64,000 nt of DNA from Myxococcota bacterium. Its GTDB lineage: Bacteria; Myxococcota_A; SURF-8. Below are positions 12,101 through 27,100 of this stretch, piece by piece. Both the position numbers and the translations under genes were made by a program. The first letter of the stretch is position 1, and each line of letters starts with the position of its first letter. The notes beneath the pieces are model-generated. The model was not told the DNA's origin, did no database searches, and saw nothing but the letters and a program-made list of their open reading frames with translations. Where the stretch lies: contig OZ223209.1 in NCBI GenBank assembly GCA_965140415.1, positions 4,896,001 through 4,960,000 of the forward strand, given 5' to 3'.

Positions 12101-15100
12101 ATCATACAGAGTGTTATTGGTGAAGCGCCGCTGCGGCGTTCCAGCACCCTGCCACCAGTAGACTTCGTAACGCTGGGTCGTCGCCGGACCGGAGAGAGCA
12201 TCCGTCAGGGCGCTCCAGGTACAGCGCGGCGTCGTGTCATTGGTCAAACTCGGGCAGGAAACGGTCGTAATCGGATTCGGATCGGTTACATCCACACCGA
12301 TGGTATCACTAGTGATATTCGACACGTTCCAGGCCAGATCCTTAAAGCGCACCCGCGCCTCATGGTCGGCACGCTCGGTGTTGGGAACCAGATCCAAGTT
12401 TTCATAAATCGTGCTGTAACCGATCCAGTCTTCATCCGCAGTTGAAGGATCGGCGTTGGCCGCGATGGTCATCTTCTCGGTATCCGAATCGGAACTGAGC
12501 GTCAGATCCACTTCGTAGTAGTTGACCCATTCCTTGTTACCTTCGATGACCACGGAAATGTTCTGCGGAGCAGCCGTATCGACCAGCACCGTTCCGAAAC
12601 CGGAATGGCTGCTCGACTTGTTGCCCGCATTATCAATGGCATAGGCCCAGAAATACCAGGTACCGTTAGCCAATTGTGTAGTGTGAGTGTAGCTCGTGGT
12701 CGTAGGCGTCGCCTTGCGAGTAGAGCTTTCCTGCCCAGGCGTCGTGGACCAGTAAACCTCATAACTTGCCACACCCGAACCGCCGGTATCGGTGGCCGCC
12801 GTCCAGGTCCAGACCACCGGACTCGTAGCCCCACTCGCGTCTTTCCAGTTATGCGGGGTACGATCGGCAGCGGGAACCCCGGGCTGACTCGGAGGCACAC
12901 GATCCAGGAAGATGGTCGCCAGGAATGGACCGCTCTGGTTCACGTAGTCTTTACACCACATGTACACGGTCTTGCTTCCATCAGCCTTGTTGATGCGATC
13001 ATCGGTCACCAAGTCATGCGGATACATTTCCGGCACGAGCGGATCGCCGCCGAAGGCATTCCAGCTACCCAGGCTGATGTCGTTTTCATTGACAACCTTG
13101 AAGGACACCGCCGGATTGACCGGATCGTTGGAAATTTCGGCTGTTACATCTTTGCTGTTGGTGTAGCTGTCTCCACCGTTCAACGCGATCAGACAGTCCG
13201 GAGCGTTGGTATCGAGAGTCACGTTGAAGCAGCGCTCCTCACCACTACCCAAGCTGTAACGGGTATTGCCGCCACCATCTTTGTAGCGCACACAGACAGT
13301 CTTGGCACCATCGTTGTTGGACAACGTCCAGGTAGTGACATTCGGATTGAACGGACACCAGCCACCCACCACTGCTCCCGAAGCACACAGATTCGTGGTT
13401 TGCCACGAGGTATCGGTCTCGTTGCGCATCTGCATGTAAATCGGCGACCAGACATCGGTGGCGGTCAACGAAATCGTGACTTGTGGATCCCCCACGTAAC
13501 CATCGACGTTGGCAATGGATATGGTACCGGTCGGTCCCTGGCGATCCAGGTAGATCGTATCGGTAATAGTGCCGGTCGTGGGGTTGGTGTTGCCGCCGGT
13601 ATCGCTGATCTGCATGTACACGATCTTGGGACCATCTACATCTGATAACAGGAAGTTTTCATAAGCCGTAGCGATGTTATGGGAGGGAACAGGGAGCCAA
13701 CCGGTCGCCACATTATTGTTGTTGAACTGGGCCAGAATCGGCGTCCAGGTCTCTACCGGATTGGTCGTCTCGGTAACATACATATCCACCGAGCGCGTTG
13801 CGGTAAACACCGCTCCGCCCGGAGTGCTATCGTGCTCGCCATGCGGCCACATGGCAAAGGTACCGTTAGGCGGACGGGTATCCAGAATGATGGACGCTGT
13901 ATCCATGCTCTCGTTCTCACCCGCATCCCAGCACTTGACGTACACGTAGCGATTCGCCTCAACTTCACCACCGGAGTAGGACAATCCCCATGATCTTTGG
14001 AACGTATCGGAGGGTACCGCTGTAGCTGTGGCATAACTTGAGGCCAGACCACCGATGCTATTGGCAATCGAGTATTTCACCGGGCCCCATTGATCCGTAC
14101 CGGTAATACTCACCGTCACATCAGGACTGGAGGTACGCGGACCGTTCGGAATTGTAATATCCACCGAACAAGTCGGACCGGACTGGTCGTAAATGATCGT
14201 ATCGGTGTGTTCCACAATATGGCCACCGCCATCGTAGAAACGAACCGTAACCGCCGGAGGTTGAATCTCATTGGGTGTAATCGACCACGGATAGGTGGTC
14301 GTGAACGGAATACCCAGGCCATCATCTCCACAATACCAGGCGTCACTGTCATTACGGACACAGAACGTGATCGGCGTCCACAAATCGGTGGCGGTCATGT
14401 GCAGATTGACGGAATCGGAACGGGTAAAGGACTCGTTACCATCCAGAGCTTTAATGACCAGGGATGAAGTCGGTCCCGTCGTGTCGTAGTAGATCTGGTC
14501 CGTAGTATCCGAAGTCGTGATATTCTGCACGTCATCCATGAAACGCGCGTAAACAGTGTATTGCTTATCGCCATTGGCAGGCAACTGCCATACCATGCTG
14601 CTGGAGTAATTCTGCCAACAATCATCACCGGTACTCGGCATACCGCCGAACGGGGAGTCCTTAAAACATACCTTCGACGCATCGGTAACATTCATCGTGA
14701 TCGTGACGTTGCGATTGGCATCGTCAGTAAACTCGTTACCCGGACCCTCGCCTTCGATACGGAACAGGCTGACCTGCGGCGGGGTACGGTCGATCTCGAA
14801 CGGTCCGACGATCAGAGAATTGGCACTCCAATTACCGGCGAAGTCGACCGCGCGCACGTAAATGTAATGAGTCCCTTCGCTAAGCGCTTCGGTCGTCCAC
14901 GAAGTCGAAGTCGTGTCGATGCTCGGACTTGCATTGGGAGTCGTGCTGTTAACTGCATGCCAGACATCGTATCCGGCGATACCGGTAGCCATGGTCACGG
15001 CCTTGACCGGCAGCAGTTTCAGATCGTCTGCCCAGTAAGTACCGGAACTGTTCGGGTTCTGGGCGATCACCTGCAACTTGGTCACACCGGCAGGCACGTG

Positions 15101-18100
15101 GAAACCGCGAGACAAGGATGTCCAGCCTGTGCCGGTGCTTTCCAACGGAGTACCGAAAACGTTCGTCCAGGCACCATTGTAGTAGGCCACCTGTAAGCGC
15201 AAGGCTGCACCGTTCGGCGAGCGGAACATACCGCTGACGAAGTAGTCCGAGCCACCGCTGGGCGTTGTCGTGATATTCACGGTTTGATACACATCACCCG
15301 CGCTGGTCCAGCGATACATGGCCTTACCTTCGTAAAGCTGTTCGCTGAAGCTGTCGCCCGGACCGTTTCCGGTGCCGCCGGTATCCAGCCACGAAGTGGA
15401 GAGCTGCTCGAAACCGCCGTCGGCCAGCATGTTCTCGCTGTTGCCTTCCAGATCGTGCGCCTCGGAGAAGTAGAAGTATTCGCTTCCGCCGTCGCTCGGA
15501 GCCTGCCAGACAACGTTGATGGTGTTGTCGGAAGTCGCTCCCGTCGCCGGGTTGGAAGAGGTAAGGGTCGGCATCGAAGGCGCCGTAGTATCTGTCGCGT
15601 TGACATCAATGTGTCCGCCAGGTCCGGTCAGCGGAACGATCGAGAAGTTGTCGAAATAGGCCGCAGGTTGGTTGCTCTGGCTTACGAAGCCAACTTCACC
15701 GGCCAGGTACGCCTCCGTACCACCACCGGAAGTGTTGGTATCGCGGAGACTGAACTGCATCTCGTCGTTGATGTAGAATTTCAACTCGTTAGCAAACGCC
15801 ACGACCTTGAAATGATACCAACTTGTTGCACTTACCGTGTAAGGCTTACTCTGCAATGCCGTCGAGGTCGAATTGCGGCACACCTTCACAGTATTACTCT
15901 GACGATGCAGTACAAAAGCATAGTAGTGCGAAGAATTCAGCGCGCGGACCATCAGACCAAAGCCGTCATCATCTTGATTGTACGCATCGACCTCCGCCAC
16001 GAAGTTGTGGAAGGTGTTTGTGTATGCAATCGTGGTATTGACGTTCTGAGTTGTATCATCCGACAGCGCATTGGGAGCGATACTGTGGGTAGAAGGCGTA
16101 ATGCTCCAAACTTCCCCGGTTCCGATCGTAACATGATAGTTAGCCAGGGTGTTGGAAGAGAAGCTGTCGAAATAGCCATCCACCGGGTTGTAACCGGCCT
16201 CGAGACCGACATCGGAACGATGCAGGGTCTGGTATTTGCCGTGGGTGTACTCGATGGTCGAGAGATCGGCACCGGAAAGCTGTACCGGTCCGAGATACAC
16301 GGCGTCGATAATCGTTTGTTCCGAACTGTACGGAGTCAGCGTCAGGGTATGCCAACCGCGAGTCAGCGGGGTCGCCTTCATGGCCGTACCCATACTGAAA
16401 CCCCAGTTGTAAGCGCCACCCGGAGGACTGATCGTATAAGCGACGCTCGTCGCGCCATCCACACTCCAACGCAACTGGTTGTTGGAACTGCTCGTGTAGT
16501 ACCCACGCACATGCAGGAAGTACACACCGGACGTTTCGATAAAGAATCTCTGCTCCAAGCTCTGACTGGTGGAGGTAAACTTCCGGTAGGCACCGCCGGA
16601 GGCCAACTCCCATGCCGTATACGGAGTGGAGCCAGAATTGGTTTCGAAATCTTCTGCCTCCCAATAGATACCACCATTGTTGTATCCCACTCGAACCTGG
16701 TTGTTGGTTCCATCCGGTTCGGCGGTCAGGCTTGCCGTGTTTTCAGGCTGCGTACGATCCGGAGTTGTGATTTCAGCAATCGCACCCAAACCGGTGGGAT
16801 CGCCCAGACCGACGAAGTGGGCATTCGCACGGAAACCGTACGTCGTATTGTCATGCAGTGGTTCGTTCTGACCGCCGGTGGAGGCGTCGTTCAGATAAGC
16901 GATTATGACACCATCGTCACCACCCCAATCTTCAAGAGTACGCCAGGCGGCTTCGGCCTCGGTCGCACCCAGGGTGCCGTCGGCCCGCAGGTAACTGGCG
17001 GTCACGTTTTCTTCGTAAATGGCGTAAGTGGTACCAGCAGGGTTACCACTGGCATCAACCACCAACTGCACTTTGGCCGCCTCGGACAGCAACGGCACTT
17101 CCGTAACCGCTGAAACCGCAGAGGCGTTCGGAGTGTTGATCTGCACCAGGTACACGTTACCGGAATCGGAAGTCGTGGACCAATTGCCCACGGCATCCTT
17201 GGCCTGCACACGGGCGTACCACATGTGGTTACCTTCCAACGGCTCACCATCGGGGATGGTAAAGGAGTTGGTCGTCGGGTAGTAGGTGCGTGAGGTCGTA
17301 CCAGCGCTATCCATACCCAGAATCAATTTGTAACCATTGACACCGGAACCCGGAGTCGGATTGTCCGTCGCCGCCGCCCAACTCCAGGTGGGAGTCGTAT
17401 CCGCAGTTTCGGTCAGGATCGCGGCACCTTCATATACCCAAGGAATTCCAGGAGTATTCGGGTTGATCTGATCCACCTTCAGTGTGAAGGTTTCCACATC
17501 GCTTTGACCGGCCAAATCGACATTCTTTACCCGCAGGTAATAAATCCCCGAACCCAACGAAGCGATTTCGTCGTTGAGCACCACATACGGATTGTTGGAG
17601 CCGTTCAGGCCGTCCGCATTGAGGCTGGGAGTACAGGTATTGGCAGAATCCAGGCAGTACAGATAACTGCTGGCAGACGGACCGGCAGTGTTAGGCCACT
17701 GACAGGTCGCCGCAGAATTGGAACCCCACTGATCGTCTGTATAGTTGGTACATGTGATCGGTGTAGGCAGAGTCGGAGCCTGGTTGTCAACACGAATGAC
17801 GAACTGACGCACCGTAGAGGTCCCGCCGGTATCGGTGGAACGTACATACAGATAGGATGTGCCCGTCGAACCACCCGGCAACAGCGGGTTTAGAGTGACG
17901 GCGCGATCCGTGTCGGTATCGCCATTATGCGGGGTCCAGGCACAACTGCCTGAACTCGAAGATTCCGTGTAGCAGCTCTGCGATGTTCCCGGACTTGGAC
18001 CGGTCGTCTTCGTCCAGCTACAATCCAGACTGGTATCCGTTGTCCAGCCACCGCTGGCAACATTGCCGTGACTGTCCGTACAGGTAACCGAAGGAGCCGC

Positions 18101-21100
18101 AGGCTTGCTGTTATCAAGCTTGAAGGGTCCATAGGTATACGCCGGACCCCAGTTGCTGCCGCCATCACGGCCACGCACATGCACGTACCAGGTTCCTAAA
18201 GTCGTTCCGGTTACAATACTGCCGATAGTGCGAGCCGTATCGGTCGTCGTATCGCTCGGGGTTGTACCGTCGTAAGTCGCGCTGTTGTCCAGCTGCACGT
18301 AGTAGGCCGCCATCGGCGTAGTAATGGTGCTGCTGGTGACTTCGCGAATGCTGAAGTTATCGACCACCATGGTCTGTGCGGCGGGGGTGTTGTTCCAGCC
18401 CCAGGCATGCAGGTAGTAATCGTAATTACCGGCACCGCTATGGTATGCAACGACATGACCGGCTTCACCTGCGGAACAAGTGAACTGGTACATGTTCTTC
18501 GTTACTTCGCTGCCATCATCCAAATAGGCTTTGGCGGCGGTGTCGCGAATCAGACCCGTTGCGCTATATGGCTCTTGCCCCATGTCGAAACGCCAACCGT
18601 TGCCGCTACTGGCGGTCAAGCAACGATAATCGAATTCGAGCACAAAGTTCTTGCCACTCTGGCCCACGACCGGAGCATGCATCAGCAGAACCTTGCTGTC
18701 GTTCCAGGTTCCGGTACCCTTGGCCTTCATGTACCAGGACTGACCGGAAATATTCAGACCGGGATAAGAACCGGTTCCATCGATACGGAACTTGCAGTTA
18801 TTGTCACCACATCCGGTATCGTAGGTCACACCGGTGCGCGCCAACACGTTATCGGCCTTCGGACCGACGCCACCTTCGAAGTTGCCATTGGCAAATCCGG
18901 CAGAGGTGTTGCCCTGGGCATCCATGGCAACCGACTGGAAGTAATAGCTGTTACCGTTGGAATTCGGGGCGTTCCAATCCACCGAAACGCTGGAGGTATT
19001 GGTCCAGGTGTTGTACGCAGGCGTGTTGCTGGTAGCCGCCACCGCATCGGGAGCGACTTTGTCTTTGGCGTCATCCACAGACAGATTCCAGGTGCCGCCG
19101 CTTTCCGTACCTTCCAGATTGACCAGGCGGAAGTTGTCGAACTGAGTATCACCGTAATGCGTATACAGCGCGACGCGTCCGGGAGCATCGGTCAACAGGT
19201 AATCACCCGTGACCTGACCGACCAGTTGATCGTCGATGTAGCAACTGTAATCGCGATCGGTCACGATGACGCGCATTTTGTGCCAGCTTTGCTTGCTGGA
19301 ATTCACGTCGTAATTCTCGGCCAGCCAACCCGCGCCAGTCGATCCGAACCGGTAGATACCGGAGTGCGGCGTACCACCGAAGTAGTAACGGCAGGAAATG
19401 AAGGTGTCGTAATCTTCATACGCGAAGTTGAGACCGGCCACAGAACCGGAAGAAGTCGGCGAATAGATGTCCACTTCCGCCATGTAGTAGCGATTGTTCG
19501 GATCGGCGGATTCCACTTCCAGGATGTTCCGGTAAGCCTGCGCCACTTGCGTAATGACGCCGTTGCTTTCCGTCCAGGAACCGTAGCGGGAAATCCAGCC
19601 ATTGGTCACGCCATCATTGAAGTCGTCGTAGAAGCCGCCTTCCGGCACGTATTTTCCACGAACATTGCCATCGGCCACCTGAGCGTAGAGACGCTGGGAC
19701 AGAGCATGACCGTAAATCAGGTTGTTGGCACCGTGATTGATATCATGCGTGTACAGGAAACGACCGTCGGTAAACAGCGTTCCGATGTTGGCGGTGGATT
19801 CCCCGGAAATGGAGAACGTTGAGATCGGGCTGCCACTATACACACCCGTTCCATCCACCCAGTCGCCGGTACGATACACACTGATCTGACGGTGCGTGTC
19901 GCCCTGACCGCCGACATACAACAGACCGTTGTTGTAGGCGATACCTTCGTAAGCGGTAGTCGTACCCGGAGAGAAGGAACCCTGCGCCGTAACGGAGGTC
20001 GCCGTCGCGCTATTGATGGCGTAACGGGAAATGGTGCCGTCCCACAAACCAAGGCAGTACAGATACTTGGAGTTACCGGTCATGTCGATACATTCCGGCA
20101 TGGTGCTCGAGCCACCAATCATAGTACCGGTCCAGGTGTCGCCGTAGTCACTTACCGTCCATTTGTAAACGGTTCCATTGCTGCCACCCTGGCTAAAGAG
20201 CATGTTCCGGAACGGTTCGTAAACGATACTATTGGCAATACCCGTGAACGTAGTGCTCTCAGGATCGCTACCTTGCATACTATTTGTATCCCAAGACCAC
20301 TTAGAATCAAAGCGTGCCAGATGCCGCGTTTGCACGGAAGTGAAGTAATCCTGCTTCCATCCCGCACGATTCTGCGGTACGTAATCGATGCCGCGCTCCA
20401 AGGGGCTGGCACCGGTAGCGGCCATCACGATCTTCTGATCCGCAGCGTATTTCGCTTCGATCAAGGGATCGCTGCTGATCGGGAAGGGCGTCGGATCTTT
20501 CATTGTCAATGCAAGATCCACGCGGTTCTGGGCCAGATTGGCCGTAGGCGTAACCGTCGGTTCCAGAATCGGAGTTCGGTCGTTGGCGCGCACCGCTGAA
20601 GACGGTGAAGCCGTATAAAGCACACCACTCAAGTACTTGGCGGTGACGACGAATTCAAACACGCCGGCATCGTTCAGACCGGTGACTTCCAACCAGCCGG
20701 TGTTGCTTCCCTGCCAGGCGGCTACGGTCTGCCATTGCGCGCTGGTGGCAGTCAAGCTGCCATCGGTCGCAACGTATTTGCCGGTGCTGACTTCGTAAAT
20801 GGAATACTGCACCGTCGAGCCGTTCGTTCCCGGATCGATGGACAGCATCACGTTGGCCATTTCGCGGTTGACCGGATCGTCTTCCGGCGCATAGGCACGG
20901 GTAAGACCCGGAACGCCGACCGTCACGATTTCAACCTGACCGTTGCCGGACCAGGCCGACCAGTTCCCGGCTTTGTCTTTCGCGCGTACGCGCATATACC
21001 ACGTACCCGGTGTAAGCCCGGTAGTCTGATGACTGAGGTTGGTGTCGGTAACGCAGGTATCCGTTGTGGTCGGATCGGAATGGGTAGCCCAGCAGACCTG

Positions 21101-24100
21101 GTAAGGAGTGCTGTCCAGACCCGAACCGGTGTCCGTTTCGACGTTGCCGGTATAACCCGGATCGGAGCTGGCAGTCCAGGTCCATGTGGGATTGACATCA
21201 TCGGTGTCGGAAAGACCGCCATTGGCCTGCGGGGTACCAGGAGTAGAAGGCGCCGTGCGATCGTGGAAGACCCAGTCTTCCATCTTGTCGGCATTGGCAG
21301 TGGCGTTGCCGCCGCCATCTTTGTACCAGGCAAACACTTTGTGTTTACCTTCAATAGTTAGCCCGCTGCTCGTTTTGAGCGCCTTGGTGGTCGAAGTCGT
21401 CCAGTTTGCATAGGAACCGCCGGTGCAGTTGGTATAGCTGCTGCCGGTACAGGCATCGAGCTTATACTGCTTGGTGTCCCATTGCGGTGAACCGTCCGTA
21501 CCGGAAATGGTCACGGTGGCGGCAGTACCACTGATGTACTTGTTCGAAATGGTAATGCTTCCCGTCGGTGGCCACTCATCGTAATAGATGTCGTCGTCCA
21601 TCGCATTGGAAATATTACCGGCGCTGTCCTTGAACTTGGCGTAAACCTTGTTACTCAAGTTCTTCGGCTTGCCACCATCACTGGTATCCGCAACGATAGT
21701 CCAGTTCTTCGAGAAGGCAAAAGCCTCGAACGTGCTCGGCTCTGCGCTGCCTTCGTTCCAAACCTTCATATGTGTCGTATCGGAACTGGCACGCGTAAAG
21801 TTCAACGTAACCGGCAAATCGCTGGTAAAGGTTGCATCGTTTTCGATCTTGATCGTCGAATCGTTGGGAGCGGTGGTATCGATCGTCACCTCTCCAATCG
21901 ATGATGAAGACGACTGGTGGCAGTACTTGTCGTACGCATACACCTTCATTTCGTAGGTGTGACCATCCGCCAAGGTGGAGGTCTGCGTCCAGGAGTTTGT
22001 GTTGTCTACATCGAAGGGACCATTTGGCCATCCGGTTGCACCCTTTTCACGCCAATAGAGACGGTAAGTGGGGGCAGGAGCACTACCCGGCATACATCTC
22101 TGCTCGGTAGAGCCATCACCTACGCCATTGGCCAGACCGATACCTTCCACGCCCGACTTGTGATCGTGGGAGGCCGCCCAGTTCCAGGTCGGTGTCAGGC
22201 TGTTGCGGGCGGACACAGACGGCGTGCCCGGTGCGGTCGGAGCTTCAGGATCGTAAGTCACGTGCTGCGTAAAGGCTGTCGTGTTGGTGTTGTCCAACAC
22301 ATCTTTGATATATACACACACATAGGATTCCACCGTCACAGCGCCACCATCAATGGGCCAACTCTGCCTGCATCCCACCGTGCCACTGCCGTAATCTGTC
22401 CAGGTTCCGGAGGCATTGACACCCGGGCAACCCGAGTTGCCGTTAGAGACCTGATATTTCATGTTTCCGGCGGCGGTGTGGCTGTCATCCTTGAAGTGCA
22501 GATCCAAACGCACATTCTTGGTCGGCGTAATACTGATTGCCGAAGTGCTTGTGCCGCAGGTCACCGTGGTTTTCTTGATTTCCACTGCATTGGTGGAAGT
22601 GTAACCGCTGGCGACTGTAGGCGCAGTACGGTCAACACGCACGGAACCGTAATTTGAAAGTGCGGAATAGGGATTCAGAATCTGATCCCTGGCGCGAATG
22701 CGGAAATACCATCTTCCATCGGAGAGATCCTGGTTCGGCGCACCCGTCATGGCATTGGGGTAATTCAAAGGAGCGATCGATCTGGCCGCATTGTTGGCAT
22801 TCGTATTCGTACCCCAGCGCAATTGATATCCGGTGTCCGCATGCAGACCGGTACCATCTGGTTCCACACAGACATGCGTTGAAAGGTTACAGTTACCATC
22901 GCAGTACGGGACACCATGATCCTGGCATTCGTAGTATTGATCTCGCGTGGCATTCCACTGAATGGTCGGTCGAGCAGAGTTTGTCCATCCGTTGATGGTG
23001 TTCAGCGCCACAGGAGTGCCGGTAACCGGCATAGGCGACAAGGTATCCAACAGGATGAAGTCATCAGTCGGTGATGCCATGGTATTGCCGAAGGCATCAC
23101 GGCACCACACATACACGTAGTTGTCGCCCTGCGTATTACTCAGCGTATGCGACTTATAGCCAGTATAGCTTTCCCAGGCGGAGCAGGAAGACGAGGAGTT
23201 GCTGATACACATTTCATCCACAGCCGCCACACCGCCACTTAATGTCAGTGTAACCGCAGGATCTTTGGTGCTGGCTGCACCACCATTGATTACCACACTA
23301 CAGTCCGGCGGTGAATTGTCCAGCTCAATGGTCGCATGAGCGGGAACATCGCTTACGTTTCCACCGCCATCACGCAACCAGATCCAGACATGCTTGGTTT
23401 CATCAGAGTCAGTATTGTTGATGTAGAAATCTTCGATCAAATCACCAGAAACCGATCCCCATCCGGTCGCAGACGGTTCACAGTGAACCGTTCCTGCACT
23501 ATTTTCGCATGCCCGGTAGTAGTAAGGAGTCCACTGATCGTTACTGTACACCTCAAGATCAACCGTGCGACTGGTTGTGACTCCTGAATAGTTTCCAATA
23601 ATGCCGAAGCCGGTAATGACCGGTCCTACCGTATCCACCTTGATGCTGTCGTTACAAGAGACGCTGCTATTGAAATTACCCAGGGCATCCTTGACCTGGA
23701 CGTAAGCCTTGTAGGTGCTGTTGTGGGTGAGTCCTCCCAAGGTGAAGTCAACCCAATTGCTGGTGGTCGCCGGGAAGGGGGAGTACCAACTGGTATAACT
23801 TCCTCCATTATTGTTTGAGGTTCTGTACCAACCCAAGCCTGCCGGATCGCTGCTGCTTAGACTAAGCTTGACAGGGGCTTGCATCGTATAGCTGGTATTA
23901 TAGAAAGTGTTCCCATTCACATCCTTGCCTACACCCTCAACCACCACGTTACAAGAAGTCGGTCCTTGATCATCAAAGTAGATGTTGGTCGGATTGGCTG
24001 CGGAAATATTGATATCCGCCGCATTGGGACAACCGTCACTGTCGGCACCGGAGCCGTCCATGGCGAATACGTAGAGAATCTTGTTGCCGTTCGTACAATT

Positions 24101-27100
24101 GGTGGAAGTACCACACAGACTGTGATTGACAGTAGCAGTAGAACCGCTGGTCACGTAAGTCTTCCAGCAGGAATCACTGGATGCAGGTGTACTGCTGTCG
24201 TTTTCCTGGATACAAATCTTCAACCGATTGCTGCTGAAGGTCCATGAATCGCTGGCGACAAAACGCACCTGGATGTCGCGATCATTGGTGTAGGTATTGC
24301 TTCCAACAGTGCTGGTGGGGCTGGCAATGATGCTGGGCTGCGTGGTAAAAGCAGGGCCGGTATCATCCAGGGTAATGGCGTCGGTCACGTAGCCACTACG
24401 ATGGTTACCACCATCTTTGAACCAGGCGTATACGGTGCGGCCTTGATCGCCGGTGGGAAGTCCGTTGCTCCAGGTGATGGTACCCTGTACACTTTCAGTT
24501 ACACTGTCAGGTACGGACAACCAGCCACCCGCCGTCACAGACGGAGTGCTCGAACTCGTCGAGAAGTAAACCTTACGTGGTGTCCAGGTATCCCAAACTT
24601 TTACATTGACATTCACGGTTCGGCTACAAGTTCGTGCCGCGCCGTTATTGACTTGAATCCACTGATTGCTAGGGGGTTGTGTATCGTAGATGATGGTGTC
24701 CATCAAACCGTTACTGACCAACTCACTTTGGGTGTTACCCAAAATGTTACCCGCTTTATCGCGCACGAAAGCGTAAATCGCCTTTTTACCCTCCGGACGC
24801 GAAACCTGCCAGTTGTTGACCAGAATCCGATGGTCGGAATCGGAAGAAGGAATCGTGTAGCGCCAGTCATCCTCCCAACAGTCGGGATCGCCGGTGGGAC
24901 AGTCGGCGGAGCTTTCACGCGGATAGCGGTAAATCTGGAGGTTGTCGAAGCTAACGGCATCGACACCACCTTTGTAACTACTATAAGGATACCACTCGAT
25001 ATAAAGATCGTTAGTTACATCGCTTGAGCTGGTCCCCAAGATAAATGGATTCGATTCGAAGAAACCAGAATCGGGAAGAGAATCGCTAGTACGGCATCTG
25101 AAACCGTTATTAGCGGCGACGTAAGTCGATCCGATATAACCATGTGGCCAGACACTTTTAGCGTTGGTTCTGTTATAAATTCGTAGAGCGTAAGGCTTGT
25201 TATTCGTGTCATTAACGACACATGCATAATCGAACCCACACTTCCACTTCCAGTTGCCAGGCACATAGCGATTTACAGCGGCTCCATCGTTGGCGACGGT
25301 GGGCTTATCCGTGTAAACATTGTAAGCACCATTCCAACTGGTAGAACTACCACCGACGAAACGCTGACGGAACAGGACACTCCAGTCAGAAACATCCCGG
25401 GTTTCTCTTCGGTCAACATTCATCGCGTAGGTGCTAAAACCTGCATCTTTCAGTCTGCGGGTACGATGACGAGGATTGTAAACTTCATCGAAGGCATCCG
25501 CATTGGTGCTGTCTAAGTCCGTTAATGCCCAAGGCGTTTCGAAATCATAGTTGTGAATCCAGTTGTCGGTCACCATGACTTTGACGTCGCCCGTGGGATC
25601 CTGGCCACAGACCTGTAAATCCACCGTGCGGCTACCGGTATGCGAATCACCATCATTACTGCACGCACCGGAGCGACCGTCGCGCCAGATGGAGAGACCA
25701 TCACTGGTGGGATCGACGTTGTCGTAGTAAACCTTTAGCGGCCTGCTGGGGCTATAGCTATTCGCCTCGGCGCAGTTACCCGCATAATCTTTGAAATACA
25801 CATAAAAATTGGTCAGCCCCGAACCGACGGTCTTGCTGTACGTCCAATTTCCGCTGGCCGCACCGCTATTCCAGGTTAGCCAGTTGGCGGAACTGATCGA
25901 ACCGCAGGAGGGATTAGTGTTGGCCATAATGGCAAACTTGATCGGCGTAGAAGTTTCCGCCGTTCCCACATTCAACTGGAACTCAACCGAATTGTTGTGG
26001 ACGTACTTGGTATCGCCAACCAGATAACCGCTGTTGACAGCCGCATAGGTGCCCGAAGGCGGAGTACCATCGATCGTACAGGTGCTGGTCGAACCCCAGG
26101 TGCCGTTACCCGCATTATCATAGGTTCGTACCTGGAAATTAAATGTGCCGGAAGGCATGGTATTGGTAACGGTCGCGTAGCAATACGTTGCGTTGCAACT
26201 GCTATGATTGACCTGGTAAGTCCGATCGAAACCGGGACCCCATACGTGCAGATCGTAGCGATGCGCCTGGCGCAAGCAGGAACACAGGGTGTCGTCATCG
26301 GCGTTGGTGCTTGTGTTGTTATAGGCATCGTTACAAGCCGAACTGCTGGCGCAGTTGTTATCACCGGCGGAATTGGTCCAACGCACGCTAGGTGTTGTAT
26401 CGCTGTTGTACGATCCCGAATAACCCGCACCGGCCTGCGGCGCACCGGAAGCTTTGGGAGCATGGGTATCAACCCAAACGCTCTGCGTCGCCCAGCTGGA
26501 GGAACTTGTATGATACGCAGTCTCTCCCACACAAGTCGAGTTACGCGCTTTCATCTGAATGGTCTGGTGACCATCGCTGACGCGATAATTATTGCTGCTG
26601 CTCGAACTATTGTTATAGCGCTGCGAATGGTTCAGTGGATCTTGCCCAAGTCCGGAAAGAACGGTCGTTTTCCAGTTGTTACTGTCTACCCATGTTGCGC
26701 GAACCTGGTACTCCACAATCGGAGAAAAGTCAGCGGCTTTGAAGGTGAAGGTATGGTCGGACGTATTATTCCAGACAGCTCCCAGGCTACGGTTGGAAGT
26801 AATCGCATGTCCCCAGGGGGGGTAGCCGTCCCTGCGGTAAGTATGTGAGAACGTATCTGCATTACCAGCATGATCAGTAACGGTACAAATGAGATCCCAG
26901 GGATCTTTACCATCATTGCCGGTAGGATCATTTGACCCGCTTGGATGGGACATGGTGATAGAGGTGGCAGTAACCGATTTTGGCAGAACGGTATGAGTAT
27001 AACCCACCTTGCGCCAGTAACAATAAATGGTTTTCACTCCACTTGGTGTATCGTGAGGAGTAATGGTATAGGTCGGTGCAGAATTGAACCAGCAATCACT

